DNA from: the human T2T-CHM13v2.0 reference genome, Homo sapiens
Assembly: GCF_009914755.1 (NCBI RefSeq)
Contig: NC_060940.1
Length of the DNA: 64,000 nt
Direction: 5' to 3' (one strand)
Part shown: one piece after another, positions 39,849 to 52,885 of the stretch
Numbering within the stretch: the stretch's first letter is position 1
Layout: each line of letters opens with the position of its first letter
Position numbers and translations under genes: made by a program
The notes under the pieces: model-generated
The model's input: only the letters and a program-made list of their open reading frames with translations
The model's database searches: none
What the model was told of the DNA's origin: nothing

Positions 39849-41187
39849 CTGTGGCCAGTCTCTAAAATTACCCCACAATAACCCAGACACTCTGATAGGC
39901 ATGCCCTTGTGCAGTCTCCTTCTATGGGACTATGAGCTGGCTCTGCATAACAATGAAACAGCAGAAGTGACACTCTGAGAACCATGGGAGAGGGACCTCC
40001 ACCCTGGTCGGTCCAAAAGGCAAAGCATTGAACCAAAGAAAATTACTCTTGAGCCTTAAGATTCAGCGGTATTTGCCTTTTTATGTAAACTTGCTTGGAA
40101 CACATCACTACTTTCTTTTTTCCAATTTCTCCCTTTCAGAAAGGGAATGCCTATCCTACACCTGTCCCACCACTGTATTTTGGAAGCACATAATTTATCT
40201 TATTTCATAGGTTCACAGCTGCAGACAAATGTTGCCCCAGGATGAACAGTACTTTAAATCTCATCCATACTGATTGTGTCTCAGAATGAATAGTATCCTG
40301 CGTTTCACCCATACTTATTTAGATGAGAATTTGGACTTTAGACCTCAGAATTTATGCTGAAACAAGTTAAGATTTTGGAGGCTGCTGGTATAGAATGAAT
40401 GTATTTTGCATGCAAGAAGGACAAGAATTTTGCAGGATCAGCAGTAGAATGTTATGGGCTGAATGGTTTTGTTCCCCAAAATTCACATGTTAAAGCACTA
40501 ACCCATAATGTGATAGTATTCAGAGGTGGGGCCTATGGGAGGTAATTAGGTTTAGATGATGTCATGAAGGATTGTTCTTCTAAGAAAAGGAAAAGAAAGC
40601 AGAGCTCTCTCTTTGTTTCTGCCATGTGAAGACACAGTGAGAGGACTGTTGTCTGCAAGCCATGAAGAAGATCCTCACCCAGAACAGAACCTACTGGTCT
40701 CCAGGACTTTGAGAAATTAAGATCTGTGGTTTAAACCACCCAATCTGTGATATTTTGTTATAGCAGTATAAGCAGACTAATACAGAAACCCTGTAGCTTA
40801 TCTTGTGCTTTTTGAACGCTTGCTCTAGGAGAAGTTGGCTGCCATGTCAAAAGTTCAAATACTTGATATTACTGTGCTGTGAGAAAGCTCCAGACAGCCA
40901 GGAGGAGAAGCTGTATGGCTGGAGAGAGAGGTGCCAATCCATTTCCAGCTCTTTCAGCCTTCCAAGCTGAGGTGCCAGACAGGTGACTAAAGATGCCATC
41001 TTGGACACCTAATACATACAAATATTCATGTAACTCCAGCCATCTGACTACATGGCAGGAAAGAACAAGTAAAAATACCTAAATGAATTCAATCAATCCA
41101 CAAAACTGTAAGAGATAGTAATACGTTGTTGTTATATGCCACTAAATGTTAGGATGTCATGTAACTCAGCAATAGATAACTGGAATG
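39849..41187 (+). mobile_element. Old MaLR LTR (MLT1G/H-like) split by a nested MLT1A-type element
   Basis: 5' part TGTGGCCAGTCTCTAAAATTACCCC...GCAGAAGTGACACT (to about 39978); 3' part from about 40785 ending CAGCAATAGATAACTGGAA. Confidence 0.65.
39980..40784 (+). mobile_element. MaLR internal 3' segment plus MLT1A-type LTR (40450-40784)
   Basis: MaLR-int end ATGTATTTTGCATG...GAATTTTG...GTAGAA directly followed by TGTTATGGGCTGAATG...GCAGACTAATACA. Confidence 0.8.
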
Positions 41188-42584
41188 TTATAAACAGGGG
41201 TGGAAAAGATATTTGCCATGTATCTCACCAGTGAATTATCCTTAAGCACATATAACCATCCTGGGTATTATGAACGCCATCTCACCCTACAACACAAAAA
41301 GGTAAGACTCTTGCTGAAAGTGTACAGCCAATAATGCCCAGGGTATGGTTGGAATCCAGCAGTGCTGACCTCATAGCCCAAGTACCTTCTGTTTTCCTTC
41401 TCTAGTCTTCTGTTAATAATGAAGCTGTGACTGGGGCCAGCGTGTTTAAAAAGGGTTGACTTCTCAAATCTGTAAAAGACCGATCGAACTCCCCACTTTG
41501 TCTTGCATTCTTTACCTCCCTGCAAAATGTTTCCTATAGAAATCCTTTCACCAAAAGCCTAGGCAGTCAATCAAAAAAGCTTTGGAAGAAAAGCAAAAAT
41601 AGATGGTGAATTGTCTATGAATTCTAATCACTGCAAACATTTGAGAAAGAGGGACTGTGGATTCTGTGAAAAAAACTGGTATACAATTATATCATGTTTC
41701 TTACAAAAAAAAATGAACATACAAAATCCAAGTTGTTCTTTATGCTTTTAGCATAGTTGATGGAGCTAAGATGGCTGTGCGGGCTATAGTGGGTCATCTG
41801 TTTCTGCATTCTCTGCACCGGCCTTCATGGCTGGAATGTTCATTTTCCTTCATCTTCCCCACAGCTCATGACTCCCCCAAGACTTGGAATCATGTGTTCC
41901 CCTCTCAGCCAGGAAACCACACTCCAGCCTTGCTGCACCCACTTCCTACCTACTCTCGGGACTTCTCTCTGCCATCTTCCCAGCTCTGCACACCATCATG
42001 GGCTGTCTTCAAGTACAGCGCCATTGTCATCTATCAGCCCTTCCATCATTGTGCTTGGCTGCCCACAGCACTAAGCCTCTTAGGGGCTCAGACAGTACAT
42101 GCTATATACTATTTCAGAGAGACTAGAAATCAGGAAAAGGAACACCGTGAAGCCAGAGTGTATAAAGTGGAATGAAGGACATACTCAGTAAGCATACCAA
42201 AATCAAGGAAGACAGTCAGTGGAGGATGCAGCTGTGACTGTGGCAGCTCCCTTTTGCTAAGCTCTGATTGTGTGGAAGGCTCAGTACGTGCAGAGCCATA
42301 TCCTTCCTTTTTCCACTTTCCCTCTCTTAGGCTCTCCATTAAAATGGAAAGAGTTGTCAATGAAGGGAGCAGCATAGCCCGAGGAGATGGAGTTACTCCG
42401 TTTTACAGATGGAGAAACTGAGGCTGAATGGCATATGCCCAAGTGCATAGAGCAAGGAAGTAGCATAACTGGGCTGGATCAATAAACCCACTCCTTTTTC
42501 CCTAGGTTTAAGAACCCACCAGGAGGCCCACTCCCCAGGCAAATCATGCCTATTCCCATGGTGTGTGACTACAGATAATTTCTA

Positions 42585-42965
<381 letters not shown>

Positions 42966-43419
42966 CTATAATTAAATGTTTACATGTTACTGTTGTATAA
43001 ACAAGTGAAATATCAGGTTTTTAAAACTTTTCTTTGGTGAAGAAGTTGAACAACGGCCATCCACTTTTCTGGTGGTCTAGAAATACCAATTTGCTTTGTT
43101 GATGTTGCTCTGTGCAGGCAGGAGAAGGGGTCACACATACACAGTCATCCCTGGGGGTCTGCAGATGGGGGCTTCTTCCTTTTTTGAGCATCACATGTTT
43201 CTGACATTGTTGAACGGATGATTAAACTCAGTTAATAATCTCCATTGGGTGTTTTTCTTTCCTGTTATTGCAAAGTTCCAAACCCATATGGTAAAGCATA
43301 TTTCGTAAGCTAGGATTGTAGATCATGATTTTTTTTGTAAAAAATTGGGAGAAACAGGAAGCTGTTGCATGTGAGAGAACAAGACTTAAAATCAAGTTTT
43401 TCCTCCTCCAAGCTAGTTT

Positions 43420-43565
43420 GAGTTGGGGCAAGCAAGAACTTTCTGAGCCTCAGTTTCCTCACTATAAAATGGGGATAATAACAATTATTTTGAAGAATGA
43501 TTGTGGAGGATAATCACAATACATGGAACACTTCACTTATACACTCAAAAATCAATAGTTGTGAT
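43420..43565 (+). mobile_element. MIR SINE
   Basis: TTCTGAGCCTCAGTTTCCTCACTATAAAATGGGGATAATAAC. Confidence 0.75.
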
Positions 43566-44079
43566 TATGAAAAGATATATTGTGCTTCTATGATTGTGCA
43601 TGATTAAACATTTTACCTTTTATTGTATATTTGCTATTCAAAAACCCTTTAATAGATGTGTATTTATACAGAACCAATATTGATATGTGCATAAATATTA
43701 ACATACAATTTTATCACATGTAATTAATAATAATCTATAAGCATTTTGCAAAATTTTTTTTTCAGATGAGGAATCTGAGTCTCAAAGAAATTTAGAGATC
43801 CTTCAAAGTTCCTGGACCCAGATTAGACCTCTACTCCCACTGCGTGGTTAGGGGACACCAGCTGTCCTCTGCTCATCCCTTCCTGCAAAATCTTCAAGGC
43901 TGGCTCCTTACTGCCTGTACAGAGGATGATGCCCAACGTCTATCTGTAATTAGAAGAAGACATCCATAAAGAGTTTCTGAGCCCCAAATGGATTTGACAC
44001 AGTGGCCTTTTAAATCAAACTCTTACTACGATTATCTTCATTTCTATTTAGTAGTTTTTCTAAGTAAGCCATGCTTTTA

Positions 44080-44560
44080 GAGGCACCTAATGCAAAGTGA
44101 CAACCTTCACCATTTTCCAAAGCGCCGATGGACGGGCGTAGAGAGAGTCCATTGTCACCATGGTAATTACTGCACAATACCTGACGGCCAATGGACGGTC
44201 AGGAGGCTCAGGCAGCCGCTGAATCCGGCATTGTCCAGGCCTGATAAAAAGACTAGAGGCCTTGAAAAGCCGGGGAGCAGGATCTCACAGCTCTTTCCCT
44301 GAGCCCTGAAAGGCCCATTGTGCTGCCACCATAAATTCTGGGTTCCCCGGGCACTTGACAACTGAAGCCAGGGACAATAGAATTCTTGTGTCCAACAAAA
44401 CACGCCTTGTCCAATGCCGGTCTTATCAGCCGCATTTACAAATGTCTTTCGTTGTACCCAAATAATTCCCTATTAGAAGGGCTATTGGGAGCAGAACTAA
44501 ATAAATATTCACGGCCTTTGTCATATCTTTGGGAAATGAATAAACAAACAGTCATCTAGC
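44080..44560. promoter_or_regulatory. Candidate developmental enhancer (SOX motif cluster, CpG-retaining)
   Basis: Repeat-free; about 15 CpGs; CATTGT x3, ACAAT x2, inverted SOX pairs, TAATTA, forkhead TAAACA. Confidence 0.5.
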
Positions 44561-44995
44561 ATATGAGCAAACCTCCTACTACTCACTACATTTTATCTGC
44601 ATTTCTTGCCCAAATTATGTAGCTTCACTTTCTCCTTTCAACATATTAACAACTGAGGTACTAGAAGCTCCAGTTTTACGTGCCATCTACTACACGCCAT
44701 CGGTATTATTGCGTTGGTGCTTCTACATGTGTTTTGTAAAAATTACTCTTCCCCACAACACTAGAAATTTTATTTCTGCCTCCTGAAAGAGGAAGAAATT
44801 AGAACCTAGAGAAGTTAAACAACTTGCCCAAGATAACCAAGCTAATTAGTGGCAGAGTGGGAATTCCAATCTAGATTTCCCTTGCTCCAAAGACTCTTCC
44901 CCTCCCACTCAGCAATGATGATTTTGCTACCAAATAAAGAAGAATAAAAGTTAGAATAAGGGGAAATATCTAAGCACACCCACTATAAAATTTGC

Positions 44996-45028
<33 letters not shown>
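44996..45028. repeat. (TA)n(GA)n microsatellite
   Basis: Seen directly. Confidence 0.9.
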
Positions 45029-46454
45029 CTATATTATTAACAACTTGAGAACAGCTAGAATAGAAGGAAAATGAAAAGACTTTCTCCAGGAGAGTATATT
45101 TTATTTTTGCCTAAAATGCTAGCAATTTTACTTTTTAAACTTTTTTTTAGGGTGGAGGTGAGAAGCAGACAAAAATAAGTACAAGCATGCTGCAGGAAAG
45201 TTTTAAGGATGCCCATATGGTCAGTATGTAAAGTTTTCTAAAGAACTACTAGGGTGAACAAAGCAACCAGCATGCACACAATCACATATGCTCCAGAATA
45301 ACTTTAACCTCTTCTTCTGTAGCTGATTTTATTTTACTTATTTGTCTCCTTGTCATGTATAAATATCTAAACATTTGAATATAATGCACATGATCAAACA
45401 GAAATCCCCTTTTCAACAGAAGCCATCAACTAGAAGAATGGTGATTTTTACATTAAAAAAAAAACTTGACAATATTAAAATTCTAAATGGTTTCCCGTCA
45501 GGTCAGGAGATGCCCACATTCCACATTTATTAACACAGCTTATGCATCTGACTCCTGTCTGTCCCCAGCCTCACCTGCCCACCTTACCTCCTGCTTCAGT
45601 AAGTACTGCTGTTCCTGAGCCTGGCAGGCTGTGCACCTCTGTGCTTCTCTGCATCTGACCTCTTCTTCCATTTACTGTTAGTGTGACTTTGATGGAAATT
45701 CTCCTCAGTACCTAGCATAAACTCAGAGGGCCTCAGGATTCCCTTAGTGTAACATAGTGCTTTTTTATTTCTCCCACAATTAGAGATCTTTGTTATTTGT
45801 GGCTATTTGGTCCTCCCAACTTTCCATCAAGGAAGCTGTGAGCTATTTGAGGACAGAAATCACATATTATTCTCATTTTTGTTTGTCCCAGGTCAGTACA
45901 CTGCTAACACTCCACAGAGCTAGACTATTGGAGAAATAAATGAACGGTAGTAATTAGACAAAGAATGGCCACAAAATTATATAATTTTTTAATTTAAAAG
46001 ATTGAAAATACCTATTGACTTTTATCTACTTGATGTCAAATGACAGGTATAATTTGTAATTTGTTTTCAAGGACTGTAATAATGTACTCATTTGGCACAA
46101 ATTATTCAGCTTTGATAAATGCAACGTGGCATTATTTGGTTTGTTTTCTATAATATTTAAATATTTAAAATCAGTAAAGTAGGTTATCATTTTGCAAATA
46201 ATCGGCTATTAACAATAAAATACCAACAGGTATTTTCTGACTGGCATTAAATGCCTGTGTTTGTGCAAGTATTAAGTTTGAAAAAGTGTGGTCAATATTT
46301 TCTAAATACTTCACATGCCAAATGAAGCATTTAATCATCTTTGGGGATTTAAGGCATGAATGCCATCATGTACATATGATGCTAACTCTCAGCATTTCTC
46401 TATCCCCCAGGAGCTGAATGTTCCGCAGACACAACTTAATCCAAACAGGCAATT

Positions 46455-46700
46455 ATGATGGCTAAAATTTATTGAGAATTTCCAATGGACCAGGTCCTGG
46501 GCTAAGTACCTTTCTACAACACACAATTTCATCTTATGACAATCTTATAAGTCAGGTTCTGTGGTTTTTCTTCATTTCACAACTAGGAAATTGGAGCACA
46601 AAAAGACGGAGTAAAGTTGCCCTCAATCACAAAGCCACTCACCAGTGAAGCCAAGACTCGGACACAGGCAGTTTGCATCTATAGCAATTCACCCAACAGC
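46455..46700 (-). mobile_element. MIR SINE
   Basis: TTTATTGAGAATTTCCAATGGACCAGGTCCTGGGCTAAGTAC...CATTTCACAACTAGGAAATTGGAGCAC. Confidence 0.65.
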
Positions 46701-48201
46701 TGTACTCTACTCCATTCTTTGGCTATAAAATAGGGCACTAAATTAGGAAAGTAGTCCAATGATTTAAAAGAAACATGACTAAGGACTGCATCACTTTACC
46801 AGGCTACCTAACTATCCAGGAAAAGCAGAAACCAACTACGAAGGAGAACCCATGCATGTAATAAAGAAAAACAAAGACCTTTAACCAGACACAAGGCCTG
46901 AGACAGTCTCTTACATTTTACCAAATCTGGGCAACTTCCAGACAACCAAGAAATCCGCTTATTTGCAAGTTTCTGGAGTATGCAAATCTCCATATTCACA
47001 AAGTCAGAGAAGTACTGCAAACACACACACACACAGAGACACACACACTGCAGTGTTTGTTGTATGCCAAAATAGTCACAGCCTCCCGCTATCTTTCCAT
47101 AGTAAGAAAAGTAAACTGCATAGTCCATAGCAATACAACTGATTTATGATATAATAGGAGAGAGTTCCCTCTGGGGCCATTATACTCAGAAAGAAACAAA
47201 ATCAGGTTTCTCAAAATTAAGTGGGACTATCCTTTTGCAATATAAAATTAGGTTAAGAAAAAAATGCCATTTTGTTATTTGCCTTTTCCTAGGCACTTAC
47301 TCTGAAGATACAAGCTGTACAAACTCTGCTTGTCTATAAACTCCACAGGGATAAGAAGCATATATGTTTCCTTGTCCACTTTATAATCAGGTAGACAAAG
47401 GCACAAACTAAATGCTTCAAAAGAGCTTTCAAACCAATGACTTAGTAAATAAAAATCTGAGCCCTGGACATAGTGGTCTCACCTATTTACAAGTGCTTCT
47501 GAAGGGCTGCAGTAAGTGGAGACTGATTTTCTTCAGGCACAAATTTGAATTTGGCCACAGAGGGGCTGACGTGAGCCAGGGAGAGAGTCTAGCGGGTGCT
47601 CTACATCCTCATCACACCTCATTAAATACACTGGATTCACCCAGGGTCGGCAGGGGAATCAGGCCATTAAAATGTTTCAGTTTCGCGTTTGCTGGACTTT
47701 ATTGGTGGAAGAACATTCTTCACTGCTATGCACAAATTGTGACATTCTTGAAGAATGCGAAAAATCATTTGTCAATATTGAGAATCTAATATTTTCATAG
47801 GAAGCTTTATGTAGGCTATTCTACCTCGATTTGTGAGTCACATGTGTGTGTGCTTTAGATGTAAATGTGACTGCACACACACACACAAACACAAAACACA
47901 TATTCTCAAGGATGTTTTTTTCTTTTCATTTTTTAAATACTCTTTGGATGGTTACTTTTACTAACTCCATTGTTAAGAACTGAAAATAAAGAGAAAAAAC
48001 AAACAAACGAACAAAAAAAGCACTGTCAACAGCTATGTGGAGCTGGGTCATCTTACCAGACTGTGCTTGGATCATGAGTGTGGAAATGACAGAAAAATGG
48101 CCCTGTTTGTCTGCAAATCAGTGGATCAGAGGTTTCAGGAGGACTTCTTCTACAATATTCATATTCTCTATCATATGGCTTCCATCAAGAAAATGAGGCT
48201 G

Positions 48202-48241
48202 GATACCTACACTTGATCTTAGCCAAAAGGCCAAGAAGCAA
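48202..48241 (-). pseudogene. RNU2: 3'-truncated U2 snRNA pseudogene (about first 40 nt)
   Basis: Minus strand TTGCTTCTTGGCCTTTTGGCTAAGATCAAGTGTAGGTATC vs U2 5' end ATCGCTTCTCGGCCTTTTGGCTAAGATCAAGTGTAGTATC; two CpG transitions and one inserted base. Confidence 0.9.
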
Positions 48242-48889
48242 GGAGGTTGTCTTTCTAAACAGGCTTTTAAAATGCCTCCTTGGCTTTGATATCTGCAAAT
48301 GTTCTACATACAGAGATATAAAGATATATAATAGTATCTATATGTGTGTCAGTACACACACACACATGCATGTGTATGTTATTCATAACTTGATCATTTA
48401 TATTTGTAAACATTTCAGTCACATTCCTTATCCAGTAAGTAAATGAATTTTGGCATTGGGTACCAGGGTGGATTTGATGGGCAGTAAGATTGTTTCCTAC
48501 TTTGAAATGACAGAACTTTGTAATTGGAATAATCAGTTCCCCTGGCTAAAAGCATCCCACCTCCCTTTATGAGTGTTCCAACCACACTTCAGGAAACACA
48601 GAGCTAAGAGCTGATACTTCTCTAGTATTCAACATGTGTTGGGGATTTCATGGGCCAAACCCAATACCATGATGTGGCCATCTTCAAGAGGACACTGCAT
48701 GTGCAGAAGACCTTGGCGGCCAGGGAGGGGTCACCTTTGGCTCTCAGGGTGATGTGTAGGCACAGCCAGGTTTCAGAGTCAAGATGGTCCTCAGAGAAGG
48801 CCCAGAGGACCTTATCTAGGAGCCAAACCAAAGGGGCATGTCCCCCAGCAAGCCAAGGGGCCAATTTGTGGAATTAGAAAGACTTTGGC

Positions 48890-49080
48890 ATAAGATGCAG
48901 CTGCAAGCTGATTCCTGTTTGGGCCTCCATGACTCTTCAGTTCTGTGGCTTAGGACTCTGTTTCCTTACCTGTAAAATGAGCAACATAACACCTCACATT
49001 CCTGTGGCGAGCACAGAGGTGATAATATGTGCACATCACGCTATTGTTTCTGACACAAATTTACTGTTCAGTAAATATAA
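48890..49080 (+). mobile_element. MIR SINE
   Basis: GGACTCTGTTTCCTTACCTGTAAAATGAG. Confidence 0.55.
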
Positions 49081-49329
49081 GTCAATACCATCAGGGTTCT
49101 GTTACAAAGACTCAACATAAAGAAATTAATGCAATACCTGACACAACAGGGGCCCCACCAATTGCCAGATTACTGGCCTTCAGAGACAATAAATGGGGGA
49201 AATGGAGACATACCTTTTCAATTCTTTCTCAGTCCTGATGTCAGCAAAGAGAAAGTCTCTGTTTGCAGTGATTCCTAAACAAACCTTTTTTTAACAAAGA
49301 CAAGGCAGTCTCAGGCTCAGAGAGGATTC

Positions 49330-49556
49330 AATTATGTTGTTTCCTTTTAATTGTATCTGTTTTTTGACTGCCTCATATTTATGACAAGAGATACTGGCTT
49401 TCCAGAAATTAGAGCAATATAATTTTCTTCAAAAATATTTTTTTAAATAGCAGAAAGTAGAAGGAGTCAAAAGAAAATATTAAGTAAATAACAATGTGAT
49501 TGTATCCAGATATTAGGGAAGACAAAACCTGAATGACTGAGAGGTGAGGAACACGG
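49330..49556. mobile_element. MER113-like hAT-Charlie fossil
   Basis: ATTTATGACAAGAGATACTGGCTTTCCA...GAGTCAAAAGAAAATATTAAGTAAATAA...GAATGACTGAG resembles reverse complement of recalled MER113. Confidence 0.6.
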
Positions 49557-51611
49557 ATCCATGGCACCACAATTATTTTATGGACAGGGAGACGGAGGCC
49601 CAACGGGGACATGGGTGAGGAGCAGTGCCTACAGCATCTAAACCGCCCCAGACCCTGCCTCCAGCATCCCAGGGTCTCTGCACCGCATTTTCATTAATAT
49701 CACGGGTCAGGTCAGCTATGCGAGGGGACTGCAAGAAATGATCACAGTTCTCTTCCAAGGACAGAGAAGGAATTACAGGGAGAGACAAATGCCAGTTCCG
49801 ACATGGTGGTGGAGGAGGGAGCAGAGTCTAAAGCCCTACAGGAAAGTAGGTCTTCACAAAGAAACTAGGTTGAAGACTCACCCGGCCCACTCTCCACCTC
49901 ATGCCCCTCCCTGTGACGCATGCCGTGCATTTTACCAATATCCTGTTTTATTCCAAAGGGAATTTCAGGCCGCCTACAAAGGTGCATACAGTACAAACAC
50001 ATATAAGACTATTTTGAATACTAAATATGTGAAAAGGAGAAAGAACAGCATGAAATAATTTGAATGAAGGTCATATGCAAAGCTTGGGCTAAAGTCATAT
50101 TAGTTGCAAGGGCTGCTTCACGAAAGGGACGGGGACACACGACCTGGCACAGGACCGCAGGACCCATGAAGATAAAACTGCTGCTGAGCTGTATTGCAGC
50201 CATTCTGGGTACTGATGCCAGCATACTATTTATCCCATTGGTTCCCACAGAGACAACCCTGTGCAAGACACAAAGCAACAATCTTAAACATAGTGGAAAG
50301 ATAATTATTGGGCTGCTTAGAACAGCATCACTGGCCCACAGAGGTGAAGGAAGGAGATAGAGGAAGATACTCAACAGCATCTTTCTGCCAGGAGGACCTG
50401 AGAGCAAGCCCCTCTTTCACACAGCTGCTACAGGCACACCCTAAACCAGGGGCCTGCTCATGCCACTCTCAGTTGCAAAGCCCTCAAGGTCTCCTTGGAT
50501 TGGTCTCCTCTACTTTTAACAATAGCCAAGCCTGCTATGTTCCAGATACTGTGCTAAAGTGGATTGTTGCATAGATAACCCCTATTTGAAAGTGGAGAAA
50601 TCTAAGATGGAGAGGGTGAGTTACTGATGCCACCTGCCTTGCTTGTAGGGATTCACATCCATGCAGTCTGACGCCAGAGCGTCCTCTCTTAAGCACCACT
50701 CCATTCTGCCCTCAGGGAAAGCCCTTCATTAGTGAGCCTCACTGGTCTTCAGCTTCACCTGGGGAAGCTCCTTCTAGGAACCCATTGCTTTGCCTCAACT
50801 TACCATATTGTTTCACTCTGCCTCCTTCATTCCTACTTTTGCCTCTGAACTGAATATCTCTTCCTCTTCCTTTTTCACAAACTTATCCTTGTCTTTTAAG
50901 GTCTTGGCCAAATATCACCTCCTGACAGTCCACCTTCCCAACTACACACACGCACAAAGCTTACACTGTGGCATCATCTCCGCCAACCACTGTGATTGGT
51001 GGAGATAATGACACAGTGTAATTCTGTGAGCAGATGTTTCTTGAGCATCTATTATGTGCCAGGCATCAGTCAAATCCCTGGATACCAAACAGGTAAGATT
51101 GCTCTTTTTACAGAGTGTTCAGCCTCTGGTAGAGTTAAAAAGTAAACAGAAAAATTAGCAGCAAAGAATTAGACAGGGATAACTTACACAAAGAAAATTT
51201 TAAAACGTTAATAAAACAGAGAGGGGATCATATCTTCTTAGGACCTCTTTAAAGCAATACACATGTGGCCAGCACATAGCTGATGCTCAGTAACTATTTG
51301 ATGAAATGAGAGGCAACAACTATGACTTACAACCACCTTTATCAGTCATTCTGTTCTTATGTGTTTGAACATTTTGTTGTTTTAAGAAACCATTTTCCCA
51401 ACTGTCTGCCTGCTCCTCCAGTCCCTGTGAGGTTATGAAAAGCAGAAACTCTGTCATCTGCATCGTGTTTATAGCTCCTACAGTACCTACTTCAGAATCA
51501 TCTGCATTTGCTGCAAACCATAAACACAGAGACCTGGACTTAAAGTTTGACATCAGAGACATCACAAATCACAGGATGTAAGAGCCAAATGAAAAGTCAG
51601 CAGTGATCTAA

Positions 51612-51880
51612 TCTAGTGATTTTACTAACTGTTCTTGGCAAACAGTGGTATTCCTGGGGTATCCCAAAGGCTGTTGCAGGGGCTGTGGTGTGGTGGGGAG
51701 AGCTGGAGGGAGGCTTCTGCAGATTCCTACAACTTTCTCCTTTCTTCTATTTAATCCACAGAAGCTCTACTTTATCCATTCTATATGTTTTAGAGGTTAG
51801 GGTAAGAATTTTCCTTACCAAAACCTGCATGAAATACAAAGAGTCAACAGGAAAAAAAAAAAAGAGAAACGACGAATCCA
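51612..51880. mobile_element. MER102/MER112-like hAT-Charlie fossil
   Basis: TAGTGATTTTACTAACTGTT...AGAAGCTCTACTTTATCCATTCTATATG...GTAAGAATTT. Confidence 0.4.
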
Positions 51881-52144
51881 GGAGTTAAATGAATCCTTTG
51901 AATTTTTACAGAACCTCATTCTGAACAGATGTATATGTTTAGATATGGGCAGATGCATACAACCACAGACAGATGACAAGGCATAGATAGAACACATACA
52001 CAATGTAAGTAGAGCACACATTTGGCAGTGGGGGTACAAGAGTGTGAAAGAAAGAGGTATTAAAATAGTAGCGAAGTATGCTTTCGAGGGAAGCAGAAGT
52101 CTTTCTAGCCCCACCATTCTCTCAAGAATTTTCTCTTCTTTGTT

Positions 52145-52272
52145 GCTCATTCATTCATTCATTGTTTTTCCTTTGAAATTGTGCTCATTGATTTATTGTT
52201 TTGTCTTCTTTATTGCTCATTCATTCATTCTTTTTACTTTGAAATGGAGCTCATTCATTGTTTTTACTTTTT
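52145..52272. repeat. Degenerate about 35-bp minisatellite (about 4 units)
   Basis: Repeated GCTCATTCATT...TTTTT(A/C)CTTT(GAAAT). Confidence 0.7.
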
Positions 52273-52334
52273 AAATAATTGTATATCAAGTATTTCTATG
52301 CACACTGACACATAGAATTGGGACCTATGTAAAG

Positions 52335-52885
52335 GTGAGACAGAGAAAGAGAAGGAGGGAGGGAAGAAGGGAGAAGAGAAGAAGAAGGGAAGAAAGGGAG
52401 GAAGGGAGGGAGGAAGAAAGGAAGGGAGGGAAGGGAGGGAGAGAGAGAGGAAGGAAAGAAGGAAGGATGAAGGGAGAGAGAAAGGAACAGAGGGAGGATG
52501 AATTGGAGAAAGGGAGGGAGAAAGGAAGGGAGGAAGGGAGGGAGAGAGGAAGGAAGGAAGAAAGGAAGGGAAGGAGGGAGGGAGGGAGAAATGAACGGAG
52601 GGAGGGAGGAAGGAAGGGAGGGAGGAAGGAACCAAGGAAGGGAGGGAGAGAGAGAAGAGGGAAAGCAGGGAGGGAGGGAAGAAGGGAGGAAGGGAGGGAG
52701 GGGGCAGGGAGAGAAGGAGAGAGAGAAGAAAGAAAGGCGGGAAGGAGGGATGAAAGGAGGGAGGGAGGGGGCAGGGAGAGAGGGAGAGACAAAGGAAGAG
52801 AGAAAAAAGGAAAGGAAGAAAGGAAGGAAATGAGAGAAGAAGGGAAAGAGGAAGGGAAAGAGGGAAGGAGGGAGGAAGGGAAACT
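52335..52885. repeat. About 550-bp GA-rich polypurine tract (GGAA/GGGA/GAGA)
   Basis: Almost pure A/G on the + strand. Confidence 0.95.
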
